Source of the DNA: Amoebidium appalachense
Taxonomy: Eukaryota; Protista; Ichthyosporea
Direction: 5' to 3'
Assembly: GCA_963693365.1 (NCBI GenBank)
Contig: CAVNZM010000001.1
Span: 16,425,840 to 16,489,839, forward strand
Length of the DNA: 64,000 nucleotides
Shown: in pieces, positions 27,198 through 38,729 of the stretch
Position numbering within the stretch: the first letter of the stretch is position 1
How the letters are laid out: each line of letters starts with the position of its first letter
Position numbers and translations under genes: made by a program
The notes under the pieces: model-generated
What the model saw: the letters and a program-made list of their open reading frames with translations, nothing else
Told to the model about the DNA's origin: nothing
The model's database searches: none

Positions 27198-27895
27198 GCG
27201 CCGCCCCCCCTTCCCCCCCCCCTCCCCTTTTACCCCCAAAGAATCGAAGAAGGGTAAAACAAAACAAATGCTTTACACATATCTATGAGTTCCTTCACTT
27301 CCTAGCCATCGGTTCGCTTCCATGTTCATATAGATCGAGGCACACATTTACAACACAAAGGAATCCTCTAACTCCCCCCCCCCCCCCCCCCCCCCACGTC
27401 CTCCCCCCTCCCCCCTTTCCCCCCGGGAGGGGACTGAAAACAGCCCTCCACCTCCTCCTTCCGCCCACTCCAACTCCCCCCCCCCATCACACCTTCACCC
27501 CACTTACCCTCTAAAGCCCTCTCTTCCCAAAGTAACCCAATAAGCAGCGTGCCTTGGAACATAGATCACTTACCTGAGCAGGGTTTTCCTGTTCTGATGC
27601 TAGCAAAGGCAAACAGGCACGTGGCGGGGGAAGAGGGGGGGGGGGGGGGGGGGGGGGGGGCGGGGGGGATGCACACATGTGCAGGCACGAATGCACACAT
27701 GCACGGATATACGCACACACCTGCGCACACGCACACAAAGACAAGCACACGCACGCACACAACGCACCAGTTCTCTCTCTTTTGCGCCAGCACAAACGGC
27801 TGCAGGTAGCGACCTATTGCCGACTTCTTTCTGTCCTTTGCACGCGGCTTGTTTGCCTTTATCTTGTTGATCCAGTCTTCCATTTCTGTCGCCAT
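21235..27895 (-). CDS. Divergent eukaryotic porin-superfamily beta-barrel (VDAC/OM47-like mitochondrial outer-membrane protein), 375 aa, 9 exons
   Basis: Minus-strand exons 27895-27814, 27599-27574, 26897-26802, 25940-25846, 24970-24899, 24349-24198 (GC donor), 23482-23340, 22573-22459, 21581-21235 total 1128 nt in one open frame. Features: VDAC-like N-terminal helix ([20 protein letters not shown]), alternating amphipathic strands ([20 protein letters not shown]; [21 protein letters not shown]; [16 protein letters not shown]), and a C-terminal beta-signal KIGVFVNL. Confidence 0.82.
23508..23820. repeat. Intronic minisatellite, ~41-bp unit x ~7.5
   Basis: Head-to-tail copies of cacacacaggggatatgtgct(g/a)atattgggtgggtaa(gtat/acac), with no spacers. 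Confidence 0.92.
25527..25650. repeat. Intronic tandem repeat, ~39-bp unit x3
   Basis: gtgcc(t/c)gtgcctgtgctcatatc.ct.catgtatctgagt occurs three times. Confidence 0.85.
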
Positions 27896-28448
27896 CTTCT
27901 GAGACTACACTTGACTCTGACTGCTCGAGTCGACCAGGTTAAAACCACTGGGAGCCAGGTAAAGAAGAAGTTGTGTGCAAGGAGAAGGAAACCAAGCAAT
28001 TAAGGAATCGAGATCAAAAATGCCACAAAAAAGGGTGTTGATGCAGGCCCTAAACTGATATTAGTCGCTCTGTTCTGCAAAAATTCAAGGCAGACAACTG
28101 AGAGTTGCGATGAATCTTACGGTTGAAAAAGGGTGACTGTAATATCGCTTTTGGTTTTTCAACAAAAAGAAAACAGTTTATTATGTTTTAGTATACCCAA
28201 GAAGATGCGTGTAATGAGACAAACAAGTGAAACAGAACGAGAAGGTTTTGAGAAAGTGGCCAAATGATGACTCAGCTGGAGGAACAAGTTGGGTCTTGGA
28301 TTAGTCTACAGCGCGTAGCTGGCAACGAGAACTTATGAGTGACCTGTCCTATTGAACATTAAGGCAGTCATGGAGGGGCGTTAGCCACGACATCCCCTCC
28401 GAGGGCGCCGGGCGAGAAAACCCTGTGACGTCATGTCCGCGATTACAC

Positions 28449-28531
28449 TTCAAGCCGGCAGATTGATTGCGCGTCGTGCTTATAGACAGTATGTGACGCG
28501 AAGGTTCCGAGTTCAAGCCTCGGCTGGGGAA
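28449..28531 (+). pseudogene. 5'-defective, intron-containing tRNA-Ile(TAT) pseudogene or fragment
   Basis: D-stem 3' strand GCGC (28469-72); anticodon arm TCGTG-CT-TAT-A; 11-nt intron GACAGTATGTG (28485-95) at canonical position 37/38; A-CGCGA; variable loop AGGTT; T-arm CCGAG-TTCAAGC-CTCGG; acceptor 3' strand CTGGGGA plus A. The upstream ~20 nt do not form a proper acceptor or D stem. Confidence 0.75.
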
Positions 28532-28599
28532 TGTTCTTCTTTGCCTCGAGTAAACAGCGTAAACCCCCAGATTGATTAGGCGCTCTAAATAGCCTTTTA

Positions 28600-29125
28600 T
28601 GACTATCGCTCGTTTTGGGCCTACAATTGGACCAGATCGGTCCAATTCATGGGAAAAGAGGGTAGAGCTGGCTCTTACGTAAGCGGTTAGCTTTCTTCTC
28701 GGCTAATATTTTTAAAGACACCCCGGGCCCCCCTCCATCCTTCTATTAGACTTACATTTATTCGCACTTTTGTCTTCCCGGCATGTGAATATGGTTTACC
28801 CCTTCTCGCCGCTTGGATCAAGAAAGAGAGAACTACAAGAGCGCTTAAACCCTTGGCAAATTTCCTTGAAGCAGAAGTTGCCTCCTTTCTATCTAACAAC
28901 TGTTGTAAACCTGGGCCTGTAACGCTCTCGATATATGGTCTGGTCCCAATAGCTGCTAGAGTATCCCATCTCGCGCTGAAATTCAATAAGCACATAAGCC
29001 GCTTAAAGAAGTATTTGCCCTCCCACCCTCTCTTCTCTATCCGACCTGTCCCTTCCTCACCTCTAGAGGCTCTTTCCTTCCCTCTCTCTCTCCTTCTCCC
29101 CCGGATGTACACAATCACAAGATAA
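28600..29125 (+). mobile_element. Non-LTR (LINE) retrotransposon fragment, region C-terminal to the RT domain
   Basis: Open frame LHPSIRLTFIRTFVFPACEYGLPLL...GLVPIAARVSHLALKF...LPSHPLF fits the LINE ORF2 post-RT consensus (RL.LYK.FIRP.LEYG...GL.PL..R...KF...HPL). Stops occur upstream in this frame. Confidence 0.75.
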
Positions 29126-30689
29126 TTACGCAATAATAATTTGGTCCCCAGTATAAAACATAAGCCACCAACCGTGACGTCACACATACACTAGACCGTA
29201 GTTTCCTTTACAGTATCATGCGTCCGCGCGTAACATACTCCGCGCACAACATAACGTCGACGCCGATTTTCAAAAATCTTAACATTCTGACCTCGGTCAT
29301 TTTTCGGGATTATGTTAGCGCACCAAGGGGTCCTATACATAGTAGGACGAATTATCGGGTTTATCTGGTCAGTTTAGACCCCCTATCTTTAGTATTTCGA
29401 TCTCTTTCCCAGACAAAACAGTGGTTCGCCGTGATTTCAACGACCGCCCAAAGCTCGGCAGGGCCAATGATAGGCGGCGGCCGCACATCGCATGGTATGC
29501 AAAGGACTCATCATGATGTGGCCGACTATGTCGATAAACGAGCAGAAACATACGAAGGCCCCAACTAGTTCGAAGCAGTCTTGTATAGCTAGTTTTTACC
29601 TTACGTTTGAATACATAGGCGGGTCCGGACATCTGTGTGATTGGCTGGCGGCTAAAGACCAATTTCCAGAGTGGGGGTAAATGGTTTTGATTGATGTGGG
29701 CGCAGGATGTATCTCTTTAGCGCTCCATAACTAGGAAACAAATGAAGGGAAAACACTCACAGAAAGTGTTTGTCTTCACCTCTGTGTCCTCTTTATATAT
29801 ACCAACAGCATTCCTGCACTAGCCAATGAAAGCAGACGGTAAGAGTATATACTGATATATAGCCACTTAGCGCTACAAGCGGCTTAGCCGCACCGCGGCG
29901 CCCAGCGCTTGCAGTACTTAAGTAGTGTTCAACTAAAGGTACTAACTATGTTCAAAAATTAGTAAATATAATAAAAAAATGTCTTATTGAAAAATAGTGT
30001 ATTAAAGTTAGCTTTCTATAGGTATTACAGCGCTTTTAACAAGTTCTTGTTTTCCGCCTTCCGCGCCGGATCATCGGGTACAATTCTGGTTTTGCCCCCC
30101 TAGGCTAGGTGGCTTGTCCCTTCACTAAGTTTACTTAGTGAAGCTACGATCTATCCATATGAAAAAATTTACGAAATGTGAGTGAAGTAAAAGATTCTGG
30201 AATCGATTGATTGGTTTTCGCTTGAGCGCAGCAGACGACCGATTTCTTTTGCTTGGCTTGCTAGCCAATCAGACTGGCTCTCAAGCTAGTGTTTCGCCGG
30301 CTGCCTGACAGCTTCTGATAGCCGCGTACCTCAGTGACGGCTGTGTCAGTCGGAGGCTCAGTTTGAACGTTGACGTGGATGGACGTATAGCAAGAGATAA
30401 AGATAACCCGAACTTGGCGCAGACGCGTAATAGGCGAGACCTCGAAAGTATACGTGGCTTAGAATATATTTTTGTGTTTAGTTGGCTCTTTTTCTTGCCG
30501 CTGTGCAATAATCGCAAGCATGCAACCGCACGTGTCGTACTCAGGCACGAACCGAGAACTCTTGCAGGTAGCTAAACGCCGCCGTAAAGCCAGCAATGAT
30601 CCATACTAGCAGTTAATATTTCAAGCAATCTTGCTCACGTGCATGGCCGAGACCACAAGGATGGGCAAAGGGCAGCTCAGGGGTGGGTG

Positions 30690-30783
30690 GAAAGGAGACT
30701 GAGACGGAGGGGGGGAGAAGGGGAGGGTGGAAAGGAGACTCTAACGGAGGGGGAGGGGAGGGGAGGGTGGAAAGGACACTCTA

Positions 30784-30820
<37 letters not shown>

Positions 30821-30840
30821 AGGACACTCTAACCGAGGCG
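30690..30840. repeat. Degenerate G-rich tandem repeat with core gaaagga(g/c)actctaacggagg, ~4 copies
   Basis: The core recurs at ~30690, ~30730, ~30770 and ~30819, separated by G runs. Confidence 0.7.
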
Positions 30841-31813
30841 GGGGATAGTTGCAGTGTTTTTGTGTGTGCATTCACATAGAGGGGAGGTGGGCGGCACATA
30901 GTTTCTCTTGATCTTGCCGAACACAAGTGTCCTGACAGGGGTGTACGTGCAGAGAATGGAGGGTGGGAGGGGGGAAAGGGGTCTAACCCCCCTCCCCGCC
31001 CCCCCCCCCCCCCCCCCTCCCCCTTTCCCCCAACAAACACACTCACTCATTTCACACCGTTTCACACCTGTGCCGGCACTACCCAGAGCTAACAGCTTCC
31101 ACCTGCTGCCATATGTTTCCTGGGGAGCCTCTACACACATGCGCGCACGTGTCCACACACATACACACACCCAATGATACCCACTCACTCAAACACAGAC
31201 ACACACGCGCGTGCGTGCGGGCGCGCACATGCGTGCACGGCCATGAAGAGCACACACCTAATATAGGAGGCACTCACACACATACACACGCACGCCCGCA
31301 CGCATGCGCGCACACACGCCAACATGCACACACGGACACACGCACACACACAAACACACACACACACACACACGCGCGCGCGCCCCTGCACCCACAGTTC
31401 TGCACACACGCACACCGTTGCACACACGATCACACACCATCTCACACACACACGCACATGCACACACCGTAAACGTTCTCATCCTCTCTTTCAGCTTACC
31501 ATCCTTGCCCTCTCACCCTGCTCTCCTCACCCCCGCCAGCCCATCCTCCCCACATCCCCCCTTTTATTCCACTGGCAAGACGAGTTAAGAGAGGTGAGAA
31601 GGGAATACACTTCCTTTCTTGTGCTTGTAAAGTTATTGTGTAAAAAAAGGGGGGAGGGCACCCCCGAGGGGGGGAAGCAAGGACCGTGGTCGGATTTGGG
31701 GATATGGTTGGTAGTACTATAGCCTAGTGATATGTGCGTGTCGGAAGGGAAGGGGGAAAAGGGAGGGAGGTGAAGGCCAGTGTTCACCAGAGCCCTCGGA
31801 GTTAGGGGGAAGA

Positions 31814-31852
<39 letters not shown>

Positions 31853-31960
31853 CTGGAGTCGGTCAGATCGGTGTTAGGAGAACGACAGCAGAGAACGTGA
31901 CGAGAAGAAGAAAGGGGTACCAACAGGGGAAAGAAAAAAGGGCACAAAGGTGGGAAGGAA

Positions 31961-31993
<33 letters not shown>

Positions 31994-32877
31994 CTTGGGG
32001 GGGGGGGGAAAGTGGTGCAGTGTGGGTGGACGTACTGAGTGTGTGGTTGGAGTAGCAAAAAAACGTTCTGTTGTAGGGCTTCAACCGGGGATGAGGGGGA
32101 GCAGGGGGGGAGCCTACATGGGGATAGAAAGGGAGGGTGATGGGGGAGAGGGGAACATAGAGGCCCGGGGAGGTGTTCTGTGGAAAGGGAGTGAGGGGGA
32201 GAGAGAGGGGGGAGGGGGGGGGGGGGGGGAGGGAGGGGAGGGAGGTAGGGCACGAAGCAGAATTCGAAGCGCTCACGACCATGCCAAGGAAGGCATGGGA
32301 AACAGGATGTTACTCCACGTTGAATCACGCGAAAGTCCTTTATATTAAAAGCTTTATGAAAAGTTAGGCTTTAACTTGGCTGCACGAACAAAGTGTGCTT
32401 GCATGTGTGCCCTTGCACGTTTGCACACCTCAACCAAAACAGAGGCAGGCCAGCCCGCGCACTATTAGGAGCCGATGCAGGCGCAGAAGATAGCACAATA
32501 GTATTATGTATATGTATAATATCACTAGAACCATAATGCTATCTCTAACAGTATGTTTGTAACGGAGGTAAGAACGGTCGCTATGGCTATCATCGGCAAC
32601 GTACGTTGACTCTTCCTAAGTTCGAAGTCGGAAGGCCCTCTGACATGCGAAACGAGCTGGCCGATGGGGCGCCTAACACGCGACATAATTAGAAGCCAAT
32701 CGCACTACTCGTCTGGCTCGCCGGGTGCGCTGACACCAAATTATTCAACAAGCGCTATTGGAAAATATACCTACGATCGATTTACTCTATATTATAAATC
32801 TGATCACTTGTCCGGCCCCGCCACGCGAGGCATCCTAGTCATATAGGCAGGTTGAATGCATATTAAACCCACCGATC

Positions 32878-33156
32878 ATGACCAAGCCAGTAGTCCAGGT
32901 GCAGGCAGCTGCACTTGGGGCGTTGAATAGTGCACTGCACACAGTAAATGAGGCCACAGACAAGTTTCAGGAAACTACCCAAGAAGCCCAAGCAATCATT
33001 TCTGAGGGTTTTGTAAACGCAAACAACACAATCAACAACGCAACCACACGTGCAATTGCACAAGCCGAAACGGCAAAAGCACAATTGCGCTCGCACATGG
33101 AGAGTTTAGAGAGCCGCAGAGCCCCCACACGCGCGGAGTCGCTGAGTCTTTTCCGT
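32878..33156 (+). CDS. First exon of a hypothetical protein (Ala/Gln/Thr-rich helical N-terminus ending in PTRAESLSLFR)
   Basis: ATG at 32878 downstream of CCAAT-containing unique DNA; 93 non-repetitive codons; strong donor GTGAGT at 33157. Possible later exons at ~33928-33976, ~34314-34423 and ~34614-34667 are ambiguous. Confidence 0.5.
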
Positions 33157-33327
33157 GTGAGTTACGGTAATGGTTTGGAGCTTGATGAAACCCTGAATAC
33201 AGATTTGTATGAGGCGAAGGGGGAGGGGTTGCCTCTTACTCGTGTAGGTGTGTGGTGCCAAATTCGTGGTGTGAGAGTAAGGTGTGAGGGAGCAGAAAGA
33301 CTAGTACGTCCTTGTTTGTATGAGTTG

Positions 33328-33371
<44 letters not shown>

Positions 33372-33545
33372 CTTTTTTGGTTTGGTCCCCTTGAAAAAAA
33401 TTAGTATGTTTTTATTATTATTTGAATCAATTACTTATTGATTTCCTCTATGTTTACTTATTTAGCGGGTTGGGGAGGAGGGGGGGGGGGGGGGGGGGGG
33501 GCTTGATGTACTAAATGCTAGACTTTCAAGTAATGATTTAGATTT

Positions 33546-33720
<175 letters not shown>

Positions 33721-33986
33721 CACACACACACACACACTGGCATAGGCTTTCACGCTTCAAGTTTCAGCTTCTTCTTCTTTTTTTTTTTTTTTCAAAGTTT
33801 TTCGAATTCCGAATTTCCCTTTTTTTTTTTTTCACCATCTCAAAAAGGAACTAGTATAAGTATTCTTTGTTTATTCATTCATTTGATCAATTTATTATTT
33901 GTTTACTACTATATGTATGTCATTTAGCGGTTTGCGGATTCCCCGCCCGATGGAGAGGCCCAGTGTGGCCTCCTGGGCGGGCGGGG

Positions 33987-34034
<48 letters not shown>

Positions 34035-34542
34035 AACATAATCGAGACGGGCTCTGGGAGCCTATTTTTAGATACTAATTAAAATTTAACATAACGACCT
34101 CGACCCTTGTCGGGGCGGTATGTTATGCGTGGACGCATACTGTATATATATATATATCGACGTTAGCCACCATGACTTCCTTCATGTTCCGAGTCTTCCG
34201 AGGCAACCGTCGTTGTGTGCCTCTTCCGTTTTGGTTTTCTCCTTCCCACCTCAAGGATCTTCGGTTTGCATCCTCGAGTGGGGAGACTTGTGTGTGACGG
34301 CCCCATGTGTTAGGACCTCATCTACCGTCAAATCAACAGACACGAGAACACAAACTTCAACCCCTTGAGTGGGGATGTTGGAAATTCAATACGTCACTAC
34401 GTAGGACAGCAAGAGTCTTTGAAGTATGTACTAGTAGTATGTGTCTTAGCTTTGTTTGTATTCGTGTCTGCTCTCCTTCTTTGTGCTCTCTCCCCCTCTC
34501 AGAGTCTCTCTTTTCTCTTTTCTTTATCTCTCTCTCTCTCTC

Positions 34543-34579
<37 letters not shown>

Positions 34580-35388
34580 TATCCCTCTCTCTCCCTTGTT
34601 TCTGTGTGCACAGATAATTGAAGATCTGTGCCACACATGGCTCTCTTGCCTGAATCAAATCAGATAGAACTTATTGTATTTTATCTGTGTTTGCTCTCCT
34701 CTGTTTATCTGAGAGGTAGCGTGATTGGCTAGCTATATTCGTTGTCTTTGTTTTAGTTCAAAGAGGTTTAGTTTTAGTTCACAATACTAATGACTCACCA
34801 ATAGTCGCGAGTGAGTACAACTATAGATCGTGTTGTGCATTCCTGTCTAATATATACGTGTTACAATGATGATTGCACACAATAGACTCATCTATAGTAT
34901 GGAATTCGGTTTATCGTAATGTGTCTTCACTTTGAGAGTGTCGGCTATTAGGAAATATACGGTATTTAAATGAGTCACTTTAATAGAGACGGTATAAATA
35001 TATATGTGTATTAATAGTGACAAGATGTATATTATTAATTACTTAAGTTATTTAAGCCTTGAAGAGTTTTTAATCTTCAGTTAGGTCGGAAGTTGGAATG
35101 CGTATGCTCTGTTGGAATGTGTTTTTCTATCATCTGGTAGAACCGATTGGTTATCCCCTTTTAGTTGAGACAAGATGATAAGTTGCAAGTACAAAAAAAC
35201 ACGACTCAGAGCACAATTATAAAAGGTCAGTTGTTGTTTGAACTCATTCATGCGTCGTAAACAACTCCGATTGCCCTCTCTTTATTGTGTTGGTTGTGTT
35301 TTACATGACACCTCTGTGCACTCTACTTTTAAGTTAGAACCGTACAAAACAACCCCCCCCCCCCCCCCTCCCCCCCCGATCTTGATCT

Positions 35389-35773
35389 TTGACTCAGGAT
35401 GATCTGCTGAGACAGATAGTATATGTCACAGCAGTCAAACCCACGTTTCACACATGGACCGCGGTGGTCCCCGTGAGCGGTGGGCAGGATGGGCTTGCCA
35501 CTGAATGGCAGGCCCCCAGCTGGTGGGCGCCACCGTTTCCGTTGATCAAGCGGACAGTGGCGAAACAGCGAAGTCTTAGACTCTCAGCGGGAACGTGCGC
35601 AGGGCATATTAGTGTTCCCGGTGGGGGGCACCGCCTTATGGTGGCTGGTGCCAGTGCAAGGGATGGCACAGGCCCACACGGACCTAGCCCCCGAAGAAGT
35701 GGTGTTTCCCGTCGGTGTCCGGTCTTGGCGAATGTGTGCCTTCCTATTGGACGGCAGCACCCGCCCCCCTTAA
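35389..35773 (+). mobile_element. Frameshifted remnant of a DIRS-type retroelement N6-adenine-methyltransferase-like domain
   Basis: GQDGLATEWQAPSWWAPPFPLIKRTVAK followed, after a frameshift near 35600, by GILVFPVGGTALWWLV...SWRMCAFLLD. This matches the DIRS pattern DAF...W....(Y/W)AFPP..LI..VL.K...ILI.P.W....W. Confidence 0.6.
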
Positions 35774-36193
35774 TAATTGGATGAAAATCACTCGCCGCAC
35801 CGCTCCTGCCATCCAGCTTTGTGTATTATTTCTGTAAAATAAGAATGTGGTCGCAGATAGCAACAACATATCTAAATACTTCACTTGATTCATCAAGCTC
35901 TATTTAGAGATGTATTTAGGCCAACTGATTGTTTGGAATAGTGTCCCAACCGTTCAGCGGCCACTAGGGAGCCGACAATGGTGTATAGGCGGCGACTCGT
36001 TCTACTCGTCTTAGCTTTCAAAGTTTCCCCGTCGGCCCCTACTTAGCCCCACCCACCCGCCCGAGCTGTCACGGTGTTGCATTTCCCCGTCTTTAGCTAG
36101 TCTCTTGCTGATTGGCTATGGCACACACACACACACAGACACACACCCACACAGTCATGCACACATACATGTGCCACGTTCACACACACATGC

Positions 36194-36289
<96 letters not shown>

Positions 36290-36694
36290 TGAACACACAA
36301 CACACAGACACACACACACACAAGCACACACACACACACACACACACACGTAACCTGTTAGCTAACGTATTAGAACCGGAGGTTATTGGCGGTTTTATTC
36401 TCTTTTCTTCCTCTCTTCCTCAATATATCCGTTTTAAGATGACTATCCTAGATCACCTTATTAATGCTGCACAGTATGATATTGTGATCCGGTGCCTTAA
36501 CTTTCTTTCGGAGCTACCGATGCTAGCCTCTGCTTAACCATAATATGTAATAGGGGTGTCATATACTACGATGGCGCTCATTGTTGCCTAGCATGTACAT
36601 ATGTCACTGGCTGCATTTGATTGGCTGCGCTGGAAAACGCAGTAGGCCGTCGAATGTGGCTGGGCCTCCGGCAGTGTCCACGCAATAACCTCGG

Positions 36695-37983
36695 ATCTCC
36701 CTGGGATTCCGATCGATCAAAATTAGAAGATGGCGTGTTTTGACCTGTTTTGACGTCTTCTAGACTTCGAAAATTTCTCTAATACGATCGCTTGAATCCG
36801 CCGCTGGCGGCAGCCACGTCCGGCCCTTAAGGTGCCTTAAATTTTAGCCGCGGTTCTTCAGCAAGGCTTCGCTTGCGCTTTGTACCTTTTCTCTGTGGTT
36901 TTTCTCAACTGAAAATATATTTCTATTATACAAAGGGCCTTACGTGTTGTTTTCTTCAAACTTTGCTTTCAAACCTATCGCTCATGAGTTCAGGATCTGG
37001 TCTTTAGAGCTCCCTCTTCGCTCCCTTCCTATAACTCCCTCCAACAACCCCCTCAGGCGGACGTTTCTCTTCAGAGACGTTCTAGAAGCACCCTAAAAGG
37101 TGCTTTTATTTACATAGGGTCCTTTTTTACAACGCCTGCGTTTTAAAGCCACGCGTTTGTTACGTGCATGGCACTGAATCGTCGTTCTCTGAGTCGGTTC
37201 CTCCATGGCGATAAGTAGTGAAAGCTTTATCCCACTGCATGGTGCACATGCCGAGCACATCCTGTTCCTAAAAAAACCCTGCCTTCCCTGTCGTTTACCG
37301 TGAGTGACGTTTTTGTACTTCTAGGTTGCATTTTGTTACAAGAGCTCTCGAGGCTAACAGATGCTGTGGCTTCGCCGCAACTTGTGGGGCTCGTGGCGCC
37401 GTTTTTGGTTGCAAGGCTTGCAGGCCAAGCTGCCTTGCTGCCCAGCCAGTCACATGTTCATGTGTCAGGCCAGCCCAGTCTGCTATGAATAAAGAAGCCT
37501 TCTGTGTACCACACTCAAAAGTTGTATTCGAAAGTTCACATCGCCGAGTAATCACACAAAAGGTTTGCACGGGAAACACACCAGCCACACAGCTCTCCTA
37601 CCGTCACGGCGACCTCCACGGATAGGGGTGCATTGTTCTTCCACCGCGACCGGTATCGCCGGTCAAAATCTGCCAAGTATGATAAAATCGATCGATCTGA
37701 TAGAGAGCCAGATTCCAAGTCTAGAAGACATCAAAATACGTTTTCTAGAATTCGCGAACTTACTACTTTTACCGAGCACTAAAGCTAGTTTTTCATTAGT
37801 AAACAGCCTTTGCCGCATTAGGAAAAGTTGTTACAAATATCATAGGCTTTATAGCGACACCTAGCTTGTTAGGGTCCTCGAACGGGAACGCGATCGAAAA
37901 TGAGAAAACCTGTAATTCTGTCTTAGAAGACGTAAAAACAGGTCTTGTAGCCCAGGGAGCTACCACCTACTGAGGCGGTGTCT

Positions 37984-38027
<44 letters not shown>

Positions 38028-38102
38028 CTTAAAAGCCGACTGAGTAGATGTTAAAACGTCGCACGTGCGGCAACACGTCAGTACGTGTTAGCCCAGGGAG
38101 AT
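36695..38102. mobile_element. Putative non-autonomous DNA transposon with terminal and subterminal inverted repeats
   Basis: atctccctggg (36695) is inverted as cccagggagat (38092-38102). gacctgttttgacgtcttcta (36742-62) is inverted as tagaagacgtaaaaacaggtc (37924-44, 1 mismatch), with a weaker copy at ~37721. No transposase ORF seen. Confidence 0.55.
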
Positions 38103-38729
38103 AGTATGCAATTACTCTAAGAAATAAAAGCTTTCATGAACATTAACTTGAGATTTTGATGGGTGGTCAATACCCGGGCACTACAGCTGCCAGGTGGTTG
38201 ATACAGTGGCTGGAAATACTGCTGTAACATTTTATAATATGAATCATGCCCAGGGGTGCCCGGGGGTCCACCGAGTGCCACACACCACCCATATATGTGG
38301 ACACTGCCGCTATATGGTATCACCACCGAAGCACTGTGGTGTACATGTATTTATTATTTAAGAATTGGGGTGTCGTGACCTCAAACGACTCGCATCTCCA
38401 TATGTGCCCGGCTGTCCCAAATCAGCTAATTTTTGCATACGTGTCACCAGGGCACATAGGCACAGCGAAGAAAACTCGGAATTCAACTGTAAAGTTCGTG
38501 TTTTGCGTGGCCGTATACAGCTGAAAAGTGCAGAGTCTGGCGCCGCAATTGTCGCAATCGTGATCTTCCAACTATGTGCCTTTCTTTTTACATATCAGTA
38601 CCTCAAAGGCTCTGTGTGGGATTCGAATGAGAAGGGTCAAAAGTCCGTCTAGATCAAGATCTCCCGCATGACCACAAGGTTTCCAATTCGTACCATCAGT
38701 TTTAAAAGTGGCGTACCATTGGCTCAAGG

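Noticed and set aside
27860-27895. PH-domain terminal helix ([10 protein letters not shown])
   Set aside because: It lies at the start of the beta-barrel gene with no upstream PH strands.
28469-28590. Circularly permuted tRNA (downstream CCCCAG can pair with CTGGGG)
   Set aside because: The sequence after CCCCAG lacks T8 and a GCGC D-stem at the required spacing.
33928-34430. TBC RabGAP domain (GFPARWRGPVW, IYRQI, GQQESLK)
   Set aside because: Needs read-through of a TAG, lacks the IxxDxxR and YxQ motifs, and has no downstream exons.
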